Below are positions 40,434 to 54,300 of a DNA stretch of 64,000 nucleotides, piece by piece. The position numbers and the translations under genes were made by a program. Numbering within the stretch: position 1 is the stretch's first letter; each line of letters starts with the position of its first letter. Origin of the DNA: Haliotis rufescens (Eukaryota); contig NW_025964361.1 in the NCBI RefSeq assembly GCF_023055435.1, positions 6,510,001 through 6,574,000 of the forward strand, read 5' to 3'. Below the pieces are notes generated by a model. It did not search any database, was not told the DNA's origin, and worked only from the letters and a program-made list of their open reading frames with translations.

Positions 40434-42257
40434 CTTGGAAGAAGACACACTTGGAATGATACAGCAGTGAGCGAAACGTAGAGGTCAGCGGAGCAAAAGC
40501 GATCGTTTTTCTGTTGAAAACAGAAGGGACGTCGATAACGGCAACGGTAACTACATTACGGAGTTCGATGAGTCAGAACGAGGCTCATCGCCAGCTTCCG
40601 GCGTGGTAAAGCCTAATGGCATTGCCAAGGGTGAAAACTGTCGGGTTTATTTCGTCTGAACACCGGTATTAAGTTGTATCTTACAACTGAAACGTTGCCT
40701 ACATCAGTTCACTTTGATATGGACATTAACCTTAAACGTTTGCTAGACCGAATAGCGATACCATATAACGACCCTCTATTATACTAGCCTTCACAATACC
40801 TTTTACATTCGACAAACTGACACGGGCTAGCAGGCTAGTAAGAATGCACATATCTGATAATCCAAGTGGGATGTGGGAATTATTCCCTAGCCTACAGGGA
40901 TAAAATAAAAGTTCAATGGTACTGGTATTTTCCAACGTGTGCAGCGACAGTTCTTATTTGGTTCGATTTCTAATCTGGAAACACGACGACCACAGAAAAT
41001 AGCTAATAGGAGAGAAAGATAAATGACAAGCATATTGGTTTATACTACACTAGGCCTGAGGGGCCGACCATTTCATGTTCCTTTGGAAGGGGGAGTGGGC
41101 GACGTTGGATTTTGTATGGAGACTAGATATTTTTCAGCTACAAATGCAAAATCAGTTATAAACTATGAGCCTAAATAAAACATTTTTTCAAAAGTCCACC
41201 TTGCAACAACGTATTTTTGGTGGCCGACATGTTCATTTTGTCCAACAGATGGAAGCATAATTAGTTTTCAATCAACTTTGGAGACAATATATTTTTTCCT
41301 GAATGTATGTATGTATGCGTTTGTGTGAGAGTAAATGCCAGATACGAATATTACGTCATATATATATATTAATCTACTCTTGCATACGAGTAGGTGTCAA
41401 TATAGGCTTTCTACTTGCGCCTGGCCTCGGCCTATGTATAAAAGCATGCCCTCTGCAATTTCTTAAGACCACGGGCCAAAAGATCAGCAGTGAGGTGATG
41501 AGACGAGTGGAATCCAATATTGACTGAGGCGAAGGGATATCACTCTCAATCCCTTGTCCGACTACTGCTATTAGTTGGGTGAAGTGCTCGTAATATATCC
41601 CATGTGGCGACACTTGTGTTTTAGAGAAGAAAGGCAATTCTCGATTCGCACTCCTTTAAAAGGAAGCCACAATTATTGTTACATTAGAAACGATTAGCTA
41701 TTATATTGGAATATAAAATTTATTCCAGATAACAAAGTATCAGAGAGCTGTCCTCGGAGAATATCCCGTGTCACAATTGTCGCCACATAAACATTTAGAA
41801 GTGTCTGATCTTAAGGTAACCCCACCTATTTAGAAATCTTCTGCTAAGTGCAGATCATGAAATTGGGACACAGCAGCACAACAATATAGAGGCAGCATTC
41901 ACTTTTTTAACAATATCCATATGAATTTATGTCTCATGTTCGGAAATCTTGGGATTTGGCCAATATTGCGATGCTGCTGTCGCCCATATATTATTAGCTG
42001 TAAGGAAGAAACACTGTAGAGAAAACAGACGACTTGTGTATACATTACAGAAACATTTATTCAGATGACCGAAAGTCGAAAGTAATATGCCTCAAGGGAG
42101 ATCCAAAAACGGGCCAAAATTGTATAGAAAGTATGGTCTTGTGCCATGCTTATAAGCCAAGAGGTTTGCCGAAAGGAAACTGAAAGTTGGGCCAAAACTG
42201 TGAGCCTAAAAATACGCCAAAAATACGCTAAGAGCGGGTATATGGAATGGTAGTCTC

Positions 42258-42334
<77 letters not shown>

Positions 42335-42770
42335 CATGTATGCTCGTTCATTCACTCTAACCCTCACCTCTAACATACATACACTCTCCCTCTCACACAT
42401 ACAAACATACATACACACATTATTATACATACATGCTCATTCACTCTCTCACACTCACACACAAATACACACACATACATGCATACAGACAGACAGACAG
42501 ACATGCCGATTCAATCTTTCATTTACTCTCACACACGCACACAATACACACACACACACACACACAAACATACATATTCATTCAGTCTCTCTTTCTCACC
42601 AGATATACATACACACACATGCATGTTCATTCAAACTTATATTTACTCTCACACAAACGCACACATACATACATACATACATACATACATACATACATAC
42701 ATACATACATACACACCTGCTCATTCATTCACTCACTTGCACACATTCAGACATTAAAAGGATAAGGAGT

Positions 42771-43755
42771 CTAAGAGAAGATCTTCCTAAAGAAGGCAGC
42801 CGCTCTCGTCAGCGCCTTTCTAAGGGGATGAATCTCTCTGTCATCCACAAAGCTGTGGTCGTCCTCGTCCTCGTACACCCAGTAGTCACTGTCATCGTCG
42901 TCACTTGGGGCAGGATAGTAAGCGGCGTGGTTGATGGTGACGGGGGCGGGGAGCGTCTCACCGTAGACAGGGCGGGCCCAGAACGGAGTGAAAACGCTCA
43001 GGGGGTCGGGACAACGGGAAGGGGACACAGCCAGGGAACGCTACACATCGAGGGGTGGAGGGAGGGACAAAGGAAGTCAAGTGAGACAGAAATACGGGAT
43101 ACTTTTGCAAAGAAAACGAATCACACTTTATTATAGGGACTGGGCAGACTTAATGTGCAACAAATCAGCTATACTAGACGGAAGAATTTATAGGGTGGGC
43201 ATGTAAAACTACATACACAGTCGGACTTCTCATCCTGAGACGGCCACAAACTCACAGCCGCAGGAGTGCCATAATAGCGAATTATGTCCTCCCGAGCTGA
43301 AAAAGAAAAACGAAAGCTAGCCTCAGTTAAATGTACGCCGACGGCTACGTTCAAAAAATCACAATTCATGACTTCTGACAGCTACAGTATGCCACTCGAC
43401 CTCGGCCCTTTGACACCTCGAAGTCCAAGTGTATGTAGGGTTACGGGCTGTACTGCAAGACAACATTTAACCAATAAAATGGGCCAAACAGCTGCCTTTC
43501 ACGGAATACGGGTTATCTTACATCTGTACAACATCGCCCGACACTATAATGTACGAACAGGTTTCATCTGAGAACCACATGTCAAGTTTACAATCTAACA
43601 TTTCCAGTTATGACAATTGCAAATGGCGGCCGCCATCTTCAGTCCCGATACTGCTGCCTAACAACGACCAATTTCACGTCTAATTTAGCATGTTAATACT
43701 GTTAAGTGGAATAATTGTGATCTTAAATACCTTGAATGTGAAGCCTTGTATTCAT
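42771..43755 (-). CDS. Orphan 3-exon gene, copy 12
   Basis: Same exon structure; frame intact. Confidence 0.85.
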
Positions 43756-45753
43756 CTTGGAAGAAGACACACTTGGAATGATACAGCAGTGAGCGAAACG
43801 TAGAGGTCAGCGGAGCAAAAGCGATCGTTTTTCTGTTGAAAACAGAAGGGACGTCGATAACGGCAACGGTAACTACGTTACGGAGTTCGATGAGTCAGAA
43901 CGAGGCTCATCGCCAGCTTCCGGCGTGGTAAAGCCTAATGGCATTGCCAAGGGTGAAAACTGCCGGGTTTATTTCGTCTGAACACCGGTATTAAGTTGTA
44001 TCTTACAACTGAAACGTTGCCTACATCAGTTCAGAGTTTGAAAAAATTGTGCAGGTGAAACTGGGTGTTTTTCGTGCCTCCATTACCCGAAACAGGGTGA
44101 ATTTTGTTCACTATGAGATGGACATTAACCTTAAACGTTTGCTATGCCGAATAGCGATACCATATAACGACCCTCTATTATACTAGCCTTCACAATACCT
44201 TTTACATTCGACAAACTGACACGGGCTAGCAGGCTAGTAAGAATGCACATCTCTGATAATCCAAGTGGGATTTGGGAATTATTCCCAAGCCTACAGGGAT
44301 AAAATAAAAGTTCAATGGTACTGGTATTTTCCAACGTGTGCAGCGACAGTTCTTATTTGGTTTGATTTCTAATCTGGAAACACGACGACCACAGAAAATA
44401 GCTAATAGGGGAGAAAGATAAATGACAAGCATATTGGTTTTTACTACACTAGGCCTGAGGGGCCGACCATTTCATGTTCCTTTGGAAGGGGGAGTGGGCG
44501 ACGTTGGATTTTGTATGGAGACTAGATATTTTGCAGCTACAAATGCAAAATCAGTTAATATAAACTATGAGCCTAAATAAAACATTTTTCAAAAACCCAC
44601 CTTGCAACAACGTATTTTTGGTGGCCGACATGTTCTTTTTGTCCAACAGATGGAAGCATATTTAGTTTTCAATCAACTTTGGAGACAATATATTTTTTTC
44701 TGAAAAAATCCTAGCCACCCACACACTCACAGTCAGAGAAATCCTATTGACCGTCCCATTTTGAAAACCTTGATGTGGACGTACAGGGGTAGAATTCAGA
44801 CCCCTTGTATCATTTAGGTATTTTTGTAGAATGCCAGATACGAATATTACGTCATATATATATATATATATTAATCTACTCTTGCATACAAGTGGGTGTC
44901 AATATAGGCTTTCTACTTGCGCCTGGCCTCGGCCTATATATAAAAGCATGCCCTCTGCAATTTCTGAAGACCACGGGCCGAAAGACCAGCAGTGAGGTGA
45001 TGAGACGAGTGGAATCCAATATTGACTGAGGCGAAGGGAGATCACTCTCAATCCCTTGTCCGACTACTGCTATTAGTTGGGTGAAGTGCTCGTAATATAT
45101 CCCATGTGGCGACACTTGTGTTTTAGAGAAGAAAGGCAATTCTCGATTCGCACTCCTTTATAAAGGAAGCCACAATTATTGTTACATTAGAAACGATTAG
45201 CTATTATATTGGAATATAAAATTTATTCCAGATAACAAAGTATCAGAGAGCTGTCCTCGGAGAATATCCCGTGTCACAATTGTCGCCACATAAACATTTA
45301 GAAGTGTCTGATCTTAAGGTAACCCCACCTATTAAGAAATCTTCTGCTAAGTGCAGATCATGAAATTGGGACACAGCAGCACAGCAATATAGAGGCAGCA
45401 TTCACTTTTTAACAATATCCATATGAATTTATGTCTCAGGTTCGGAAATCTTGGGATTTGGCCAATATTGCGATGCTGCTGTCGCCCATATATTATTAGC
45501 TGTAAGGAAGAAACACTGTAGAGAAAACAGACGACTTGTGTATACATTACAGAAACATTTATTCAGATGACCGAAAGTCGAAAGTAATATGCCTCAAGGG
45601 AGATCCAAAAACGGGCCAAAATTGTATAGAAAGTATGGTCTTGTGCCATGCTAATAAGCCAAGAGGTTTGCCGAAAGGAAGCTGAAAGTTGGGCCAAAAC
45701 TGTGAGCCTAAAAATACGCCAAATATACGCTAAGAGCGGGTATATGGAATGGT

Positions 45754-45826
<73 letters not shown>

Positions 45827-46288
45827 CATGTATGCTCGTTCATTCACTCTAACCCTCACCTCTAACATACATACACTCTCCCTCTCACACATACAAACAT
45901 ACATACACACATTATTATACATACATGCTCATTCACTCTCTCACACTCACACACAAATACACACACATACATGCATACAGACAGACAGACAGACATGCCG
46001 ATTCAATCTTTCATTTACTCTCACACACGCACACAATACACACACACACACACACAAACATACATATTCATTCAGTCTCTCTTTCTCACACACATATACA
46101 TACACACACATGCATGTTCATTCAACTTATATTTACTCTCACACAAACGCACACATACATACATACATACATACATACATACATACATACATACATACAT
46201 ACATACATACATACATACATACATACATACACACCTGCTCATTCATTCACTCACTTGCACACATTCAGACATTAAAAGGATAAGGAGT

Positions 46289-47273
46289 CTAAGAGAAGAT
46301 CTTCCTAAAGAAGGCAGCCGCTCTCGTCAGCGCCTTTCTAAGGGGATGAATCTCTCTGTCATCCACAAAGCTGTGGTCGTCCTCGTCCTCGTACACCCAG
46401 TAGTCACTGTCATCGTCGTCACTTGGGGCAGGATAGTAAGCGGCGTGGTTGATGGTGACGGGGGCGGGGAGCGTCTCACCGTAGACAGGGCGGGCCCAGA
46501 ACGGAGTGAAAACGCTCAGGGGGTCGGGACAACGGGAAGGGGACACAGCCAGGGAACGCTACACATCGAGGGGTGGAGGGAGGGACAAAGGAAGTCAAGT
46601 GAGACAGAAATACGGGATACTTTTGCAAAGAAAACGAATCACACTTTATTATAGGGACTGGGCAGACTTAATGTGCAACAAATCAGCTATACTAGACGGA
46701 AGAATTTATAGGGTGGGCATGTAAAACTACATACACAGTCGGACTCCTCATCCTGAGACGGCCACAAACTCACAGCCGCAGGAGTGCCATAATAGCGAAT
46801 TATGTCCTCCTGAGCTGAAAAAGAAAAACGAAAGCTAGCCTCAGTTAAATGTACGCCGACGGCTACGTTCAAAAAATCACAATTCATGACTTCTGACAGC
46901 TACCGTATGCCACTCGACCTCGGCCCTTTGACACCTCGAAGTCCAAGTGTATGTAGGGTTACGGGCTGTGCTGCAAGACGACATTTAACCAATAAAATGG
47001 GCCAAACAGCTGCCTTTCACGGAATACGGGTTATCTTACATCTGTACAACATCGCCCGACACTATAATGTACGAACAGGTTTCATCTGAGAACCACATGT
47101 CAAGTTTACAATCTAACATTTTCAGTTATGACAATTGCAAATGGCGGCCGCCATCTTCAGTCCCGATACTGCTGCCTAACAACGACCAATTTCACGTCTA
47201 ATTTAACATCTTAATACTGTTAAGTGGAATAATTGTGATCTTAAATACCTTGAATGTGAAGCCTTGTATTCAT
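46289..47273 (-). CDS. Orphan 3-exon gene, copy 13 (R10Q)
   Basis: Same exon structure; frame intact. Confidence 0.85.
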
Positions 47274-48369
47274 CTTGGAAGAAGACACACTTGGAATGAT
47301 ACAGCAGTGAGCGAAACGTAGAGGTCAGCGGAGCAAAAGCGATCGTTTTTCTGTTGAAAACAGAAGGGACGTCGATAACGGCAACGGTAACTACGTTACG
47401 GAGTTCGATGAGTCAGAACGAGGCTCATCGCCAGCTTCCGGCGTGGTAAAGCCTAATGGCATTGCCAAGGGTGAAAACTGCCGGGTTTATTTCGTCTGAA
47501 CACCGGTATTAAGTTGTATCTTACAACTGAAACGTTGCCTACATCAGTTCAGAGTTTGAAAAAATTGTGCAGGTGAAACTGGGTGTTTTTCGTGCCTCCA
47601 TTACCCGAAACAGGGTGAATTTTGTTCACTATGAGATGGACATTAACCTTAAACGTTTGCTATGCCGAATAGCGATACCATATAACGACCCTCTATTATA
47701 CTAGCCTTCACAATACCTTTTACATTCGACAAACTGACACGGGCTAGCAGGCTAGTAAGAATGCACATCTCTGATAATCCAAGTGGGATTTGGGAATTAT
47801 TCCCAAGCCTACAGGGATAAAATAAAAGTTCAATGGTACTGGTATTTTCCAACGTGTGCAGCGACAGTTCTTATTTGGTTTGATTTCTAATCTGGAAACA
47901 CGACGACCACAGAAAATAGCTAATAGGAGAGAAAGATAAATGACAAGCATATTGGTTTTTACTACACTAGGCCTCAGGGGCCGACCATTTCATGTTCCTT
48001 TGGAAGGGGGAGTGGGCGACGTTGGATTTTGTATGGAGACTAGATATTTTGCAGCTACAAATGCAAAATCAGTTAATATAAACTATGAGCCTAAATAAAA
48101 CATTTTTCAAAAACCCACCTTGCAACAACGTATTTTTGGTGGCCAAAATGTTCTTTTTGTCCAACAGATGGAAGCATATTTAGTTTTCAATCAACTTTGG
48201 AGACAATATATTTTTTTCTGAAAAAATCCTAGCCACCCACACACTCACAGTCAGAGAAATCCTATTGACCGTCCCATTTTGAAAACCTTGATGTGGACGT
48301 ACAGGGGTAGAATTCAGACCCCTTGTATCATTTAGGTATTTTTGTAGAATGCCAGATACGAATATTACG

Positions 48370-48426
<57 letters not shown>

Positions 48427-49304
48427 TCTACTCTTGCATACAAGTGGGTGTCAATATAGGCTTTCTACTTGCGCCTGGCCCCTGCCTATGTATAAAAGCA
48501 TGCCCTCTGCAATTTCTGAAGACCACGGGCCAAAAGACCAGCAGTAAGGTGATAAGAAGAGTGGAATCCAATATTGACTGAGGCGAAGGGAGATCACTCC
48601 CATCCCTTGTCCGACTACTGCTATTAGTTGGGTGAAGTGCTCGTAATATATCCCATGTGGCGACACTTGTGTTTTAGAGAAGAAAGGCAATTCTCGATTC
48701 GCACTCCTTTATAAAGGAAGCCACAATTATTGTTACATTAGAAACGATTAGCTATTATATTGGAATATAAAATTTATTCCAGATAACAAAGTATCAGAGA
48801 GCTGTCCTCGGAGAATATCCCGTGTCACAATTGTCGCCACATAAACATTTAGAAGTGTCTGATCTTAAGGTAACCCCACCTATTTAGAAATCTTCTGCTA
48901 AGTGCAGATCATGAAATTGGGACACAGCAGCACAGCAATATAGAGGCAGCATTCACTTTTTAACAATATCCATATGAATTTATGTCTCATGTTCGGAAAT
49001 CTTGGGATTTGGCCAATATTGCGATGCTGCTGTCGCCCATATATTATTAGCTGTAAGGAAGAAACACTGTAGAGAAAACAAACGACTTGTGTATACATTA
49101 CAGAAACATTTATTCAGATGACCGAAAGTCGAAAGTAATATGCCTCAAGGGAGATCCAAAAACGGGCCAAAATTGTATAGAAAGTATGGTCTTGTGCCAT
49201 GCTAATAAGCCAAGAGGTTTGCCGAAAGGAAACTGAAAGTTGGGCCAAAACTGTGAGCCTAAAAATACGCCAAAAATACGCTAAGAGCGGGTATATGGAA
49301 TGGT

Positions 49305-49363
<59 letters not shown>

Positions 49364-49818
49364 CATGTATGCTCGTTCATTCACTCTAACCCTCACCTCT
49401 AACATACATCCACTCTCCCTCTCACACATACAAACATACATACACACATTATTATACATACATGCTCATTCACTCTCTCACACTCACACACAAATACACA
49501 CACATACATGCATACAGACAGACAGACAGACATGCCGATTCAATCTTTCATTTACTCTCACACACGCACACAATACACACACACACACACACACACAAAC
49601 ATACATATTCATTCAGTCTCTCTTTCTCACAAACTTATACATACACACACATGCATGTTCATTCAAACTTATATTTACTCTCACACAAACGCACACATAC
49701 ATACATACATACATACATACATACATACATACATACATACATACATACATACATACATACACACCTGCTCATTCATTCACTCACTTGCACACATTCAGAC
49801 ATTAAAAGGATAAGGAGT

Positions 49819-50802
49819 CTAAGAGAAGATCTTCCTAAAGAAGGCAGCCGCTCTCGTCAGCGCCTTTCTAAGGGGATGAATCTCTCTGTCATCCACAAAG
49901 CTGTGGTCGTCCTCGTCCTCGTACACCCAGTAGTCACTGTCATCGTCGTCACTTGGGGCAGGATAGTAAGCGGCGTGGTTGATGGTGACGGGGGCGGGGA
50001 GCGTCTCACCGTAGACAGGGCGGGCCCAGAACGGAGTGAAAACGCTCAGGGGGTCGGGACAACGGGAAGGGGACACAGCCAGGGAACGCTACACATCGAG
50101 GGGTGGAGGGAGGGACAAAGGAAGTCAAGTGAGACAGAAATACGGGATACTTTTGCAAAGAAAACGAATCACACTTTATTATAGGGACTGGGCAGACTTA
50201 ATGTGCAACAAATCAGCTATACTAGACGGAAGAATTTATAGGGTGGGCATGTAAAACTACATACACAGTCGGACTCCTCATCCTGAGACGGCCACAAACT
50301 CACAGCCGCAGGAGTGCCATAATAGCGAATTATGTCCTCCTGAGCTGAAAAAGAAAAACGAAAGCTAGCCTCAGTTAAATGTACGCCGACGGCTACGTTC
50401 AAAAAATCACAATTCATGACTTCTGACAGCTACAGTATGCCACTCGACCTCGGCCCTTTGACACCTCGAAGTCCAAGTGTATGTAGGGTTACGGGCTGTA
50501 CTGCAAGACAACATTTAACCAATAAAATGGGCCAAACAGCTGCCTTTCACGGAATACGGGTTATCTTACATCTGTACCACACGCCCGACACTATAATGTA
50601 CGAACAGGTTTCATCTGAGAACCACATGTCAAGTTTACAATCTAACATTTTCAGTTATGACAATTGCAAATGGCGGCCGCCATCTTCAGTCCCGATACTG
50701 CTGCCTAACAACGACCAATTTCACGTCTAATTTAGCATGTTAATACTGTTAAGTGGAATAATTGTGATCTTAAATACCTTGAATGTGAAGCCTTGTATTC
50801 AT
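49819..50802 (-). CDS. Orphan 3-exon gene, copy 14 (R10Q)
   Basis: Same structure; a 1-nt deletion at ~50580 lies in intron 1. Confidence 0.85.
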
Positions 50803-52797
50803 CTTGGAAGAAGACACACTTGGAATGATACAGCAGTGAGCGAAACGTAGAGGTCAGCGGAGCAAAAGCGATCGTTTTTCTGTTGAAAACAGAAGGGACG
50901 TCGATAACGGCAACGGTAACTACGTTACGGAGTTCGATGAGTCAGAACGAGGCTCATCGCCAGCTTCCGGCGTGGTAAAGCCTAATGGCATTGCCAAGGG
51001 TGAAAACTGCCGGGTTTATTTCGTCTGAACACCGGTATTAAGTTGTATCTTACAACTGAAACGTTGCCTACATCAGTTCAGAGTTTGAAAAAATTGTGCA
51101 GGTGAAACTGGGTGTTTTTTGTGCCTCCATTACCCGAAACAGGGTGAATTTTGTTCACTATGAGATGGACATTAACCTTAAACGTTTGCTATGCCGAATA
51201 GCGATACCATATAACGACCCTCTATTATACTAGCCTTCACAATACCTTTTACATTCGACAAACTGACACGGGCTAGCAGGCTAGTAAGAATGCACATCTC
51301 TGATAATCCAAGTGGGATTTGGGAATTATTCCCAAGCCTACAGGGATAAAATAAAAGTTCAATGGTACTGGTATTTTCCAACGTGTGCAGCGACAGTTCT
51401 TATTTGGTTTGATTTCTAATCTGGAAACACGACGACCACAGAAAATAGCTAATAGGAGAGAAAGATAAATGACAAGCATATTGGTTTTTACTACACTAGG
51501 CCTGAGGGGCCGACCATTTCATGTTCCTTTGGAAGGGGGAGTGGGCGACGTTGGATTTTGTATGGAGACTAGATATTTTGCAGCTACAAATGCAAAATCA
51601 GTTAATATAAACTATGAGCCTAAATAAAACATTTTTCAAAAACCCACCTTGCAACAACGTATTTTTGGTGGCCGACATGTTCTTTTTGTCCAACAGATGG
51701 AAGCATATTTAGTTTTCAATCAACTTTGGAGACAATATATTTTTTTCTGAAAAAATCCTAGCCACCCACACACTCACAGTCAGAGAAATCCTATTGACCG
51801 TCCCATTTTGAAAACCTTGATGTGGACGTACAGGGGTAGAATTCAGACCCCTTGTATCATTTAGGTATTTTTGTAGAATGCCAGATACGAATATTACGTC
51901 ATATATATATATATATTAATCTACTCTTGCATACAAGTGGGTGTCAATATAGGCTTTCTACTTGCGCCTGGCCTCGGCCTATGTATAAAAGCATGCCCTC
52001 TGCAATTTCTGAAGACCACGGGCCAAAAGACCAGCAGTAAGGTGATAAGAAGAGTGGAATCCAATATTGACTGAGGCGAAGGGAGATCACTCCCATCCCT
52101 TGTCCGACTACTGCTATTAGTTGGGTGAAGTGCTCGTAATATATCCCATGTGGCGACACTTGTGTTTTAGAGAAGAAAGGCAATTCTCGATTCGCACTCC
52201 TTTATAAAGGAAGCCACAATTATTGTTACATTAGAAACGATTAGCTATTATATTGGAATATAAAATTTATTCCAGATAACAAAGTATCAGAGAGCTGTCC
52301 TCGGAGAATATCCCGTGTCACAATTGTCGCCACATAAACATTTAGAAGTGTCTGATCTTAAGGTAACCCCACCTATTTAGAAATCTTCTGCTAAGTGCAG
52401 ATCATGAAATTGGGACACAGCAGCACAGCAATATAGAGGCAGCATTCACTTTTTAACAATATCCATATGAATTTATGTCTCATGTTCGGAAATCTTGGGA
52501 TTTGGCCAATATTGCGATGCTGCTGTCGCCCATATATTATTAGCTGTAAGGAAGAAACACTGTAGAGAAAACAAACGACTTGTGTATACATTACAGAAAC
52601 ATTTATTCAGATGACCGAAAGTCGAAAGTAATATGCCTCAAGGGAGATCCAAAAACGGGCCAAAATTGTATAGAAAGTATGGTCTTGTGCCATGCTAATA
52701 AGCCAAGAGGTTTGCCGAAAGGAAACTGAAAGTTGGGCCAAAACTGTGAGCCTAAAAATACGCCAAAAATACGCTAAGAGCGGGTATATGGAATGGT

Positions 52798-52861
<64 letters not shown>

Positions 52862-53316
52862 CATGTATGCTCGTTCATTCACTCTAACCCTCACCTCTAA
52901 CATACATCCACTCTCCCTCTCACACATACAAACATACATACACACATTATTATACATACATGCTCATTCACTCTCTCACACTCACACACAAATACACACA
53001 CATACATGCATACAGACAGACAGACAGACATGCCGATTCAATCTTTCATTTACTCTCACACACGCACACAATACACACACACACACACACACACAAACAT
53101 ACATATTCATTCAGTCTCTCTTTCTCACAAACTTATACATACACACACATGCATGTTCATTCAAACTTATATTTACTCTCACACAAACGCACACATACAT
53201 ACATACATACATACATACATACATACATACATACATACATACATACATACATACATACACACCTGCTCATTCATTCACTCACTTGCACACATTCAGACAT
53301 TAAAAGGATAAGGAGT

Positions 53317-54300
53317 CTAAGAGAAGATCTTCCTAAAGAAGGCAGCCGCTCTCGTCAGCGCCTTTCTAAGGGGATGAATCTCTCTGTCATCCACAAAGCT
53401 GTGGTCGTCCTCGTCCTCGTACACCCAGTAGTCACTGTCATCGTCGTCACTTGGGGCAGGATAGTAAGCGGCGTGGTTGATGGTGACGGGGGCGGGGAGC
53501 GTCTCACCGTAGACAGGGCGGGCCCAGAACGGAGTGAAAACGCTCAGGGGGTCGGGACAACGGGAAGGGGACACAGCCAGGGAACGCTACACATCGAGGG
53601 GTGGAGGGAGGGACAAAGGAAGTCAAGTGAGACAGAAATACGGGATACTTTTGCAAAGAAAACGAATCACACTTTATTATAGGGACTGGGCAGACTTAAT
53701 GTGCAACAAATCAGCTATACTAGACGGAAGAATTTATAGGGTGGGCATGTAAAACTACATACACAGTCGGACTCCTCATCCTGAGACGGCCACAAACTCA
53801 CAGCCGCAGGAGTGCCATAATAGCGAATTATGTCCTCCTGAGCTGAAAAAGAAAAACGAAAGCTAGCCTCAGTTAAATGTACGCCGACGGCTACGTTCAA
53901 AAAATCACAATTCATGACTTCTGACAGCTACAGTATGCCACTCGACCTCGGCCCTTTGACACCTCGAAGTCCAAGTGTATGTAGGGTTACGGGCTGTACT
54001 GCAAGACAACATTTAACCAATAAAATGGGCCAAACAGCTGCCTTTCACGGAATACGGGTTATCTTACATCTGTACCACACGCCCGACACTATAATGTACG
54101 AACAGGTTTCATCTGAGAACCACATGTCAAGTTTACAATCTAACATTTTCAGTTATGACAATTGCAAATGGCGGCCGCCATCTTCAGTCCCGATACTGCT
54201 GCCTAACAACGACCAATTTCACGTCTAATTTAGCATGTTAATACTGTTAAGTGGAATAATTGTGATCTTAAATACCTTGAATGTGAAGCCTTGTATTCAT
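53317..54300 (-). CDS. Orphan 3-exon gene, copy 15 (R10Q)
   Basis: Near-identical to copy 14 at offset 3498, including the intron 1 deletion. Confidence 0.85.
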
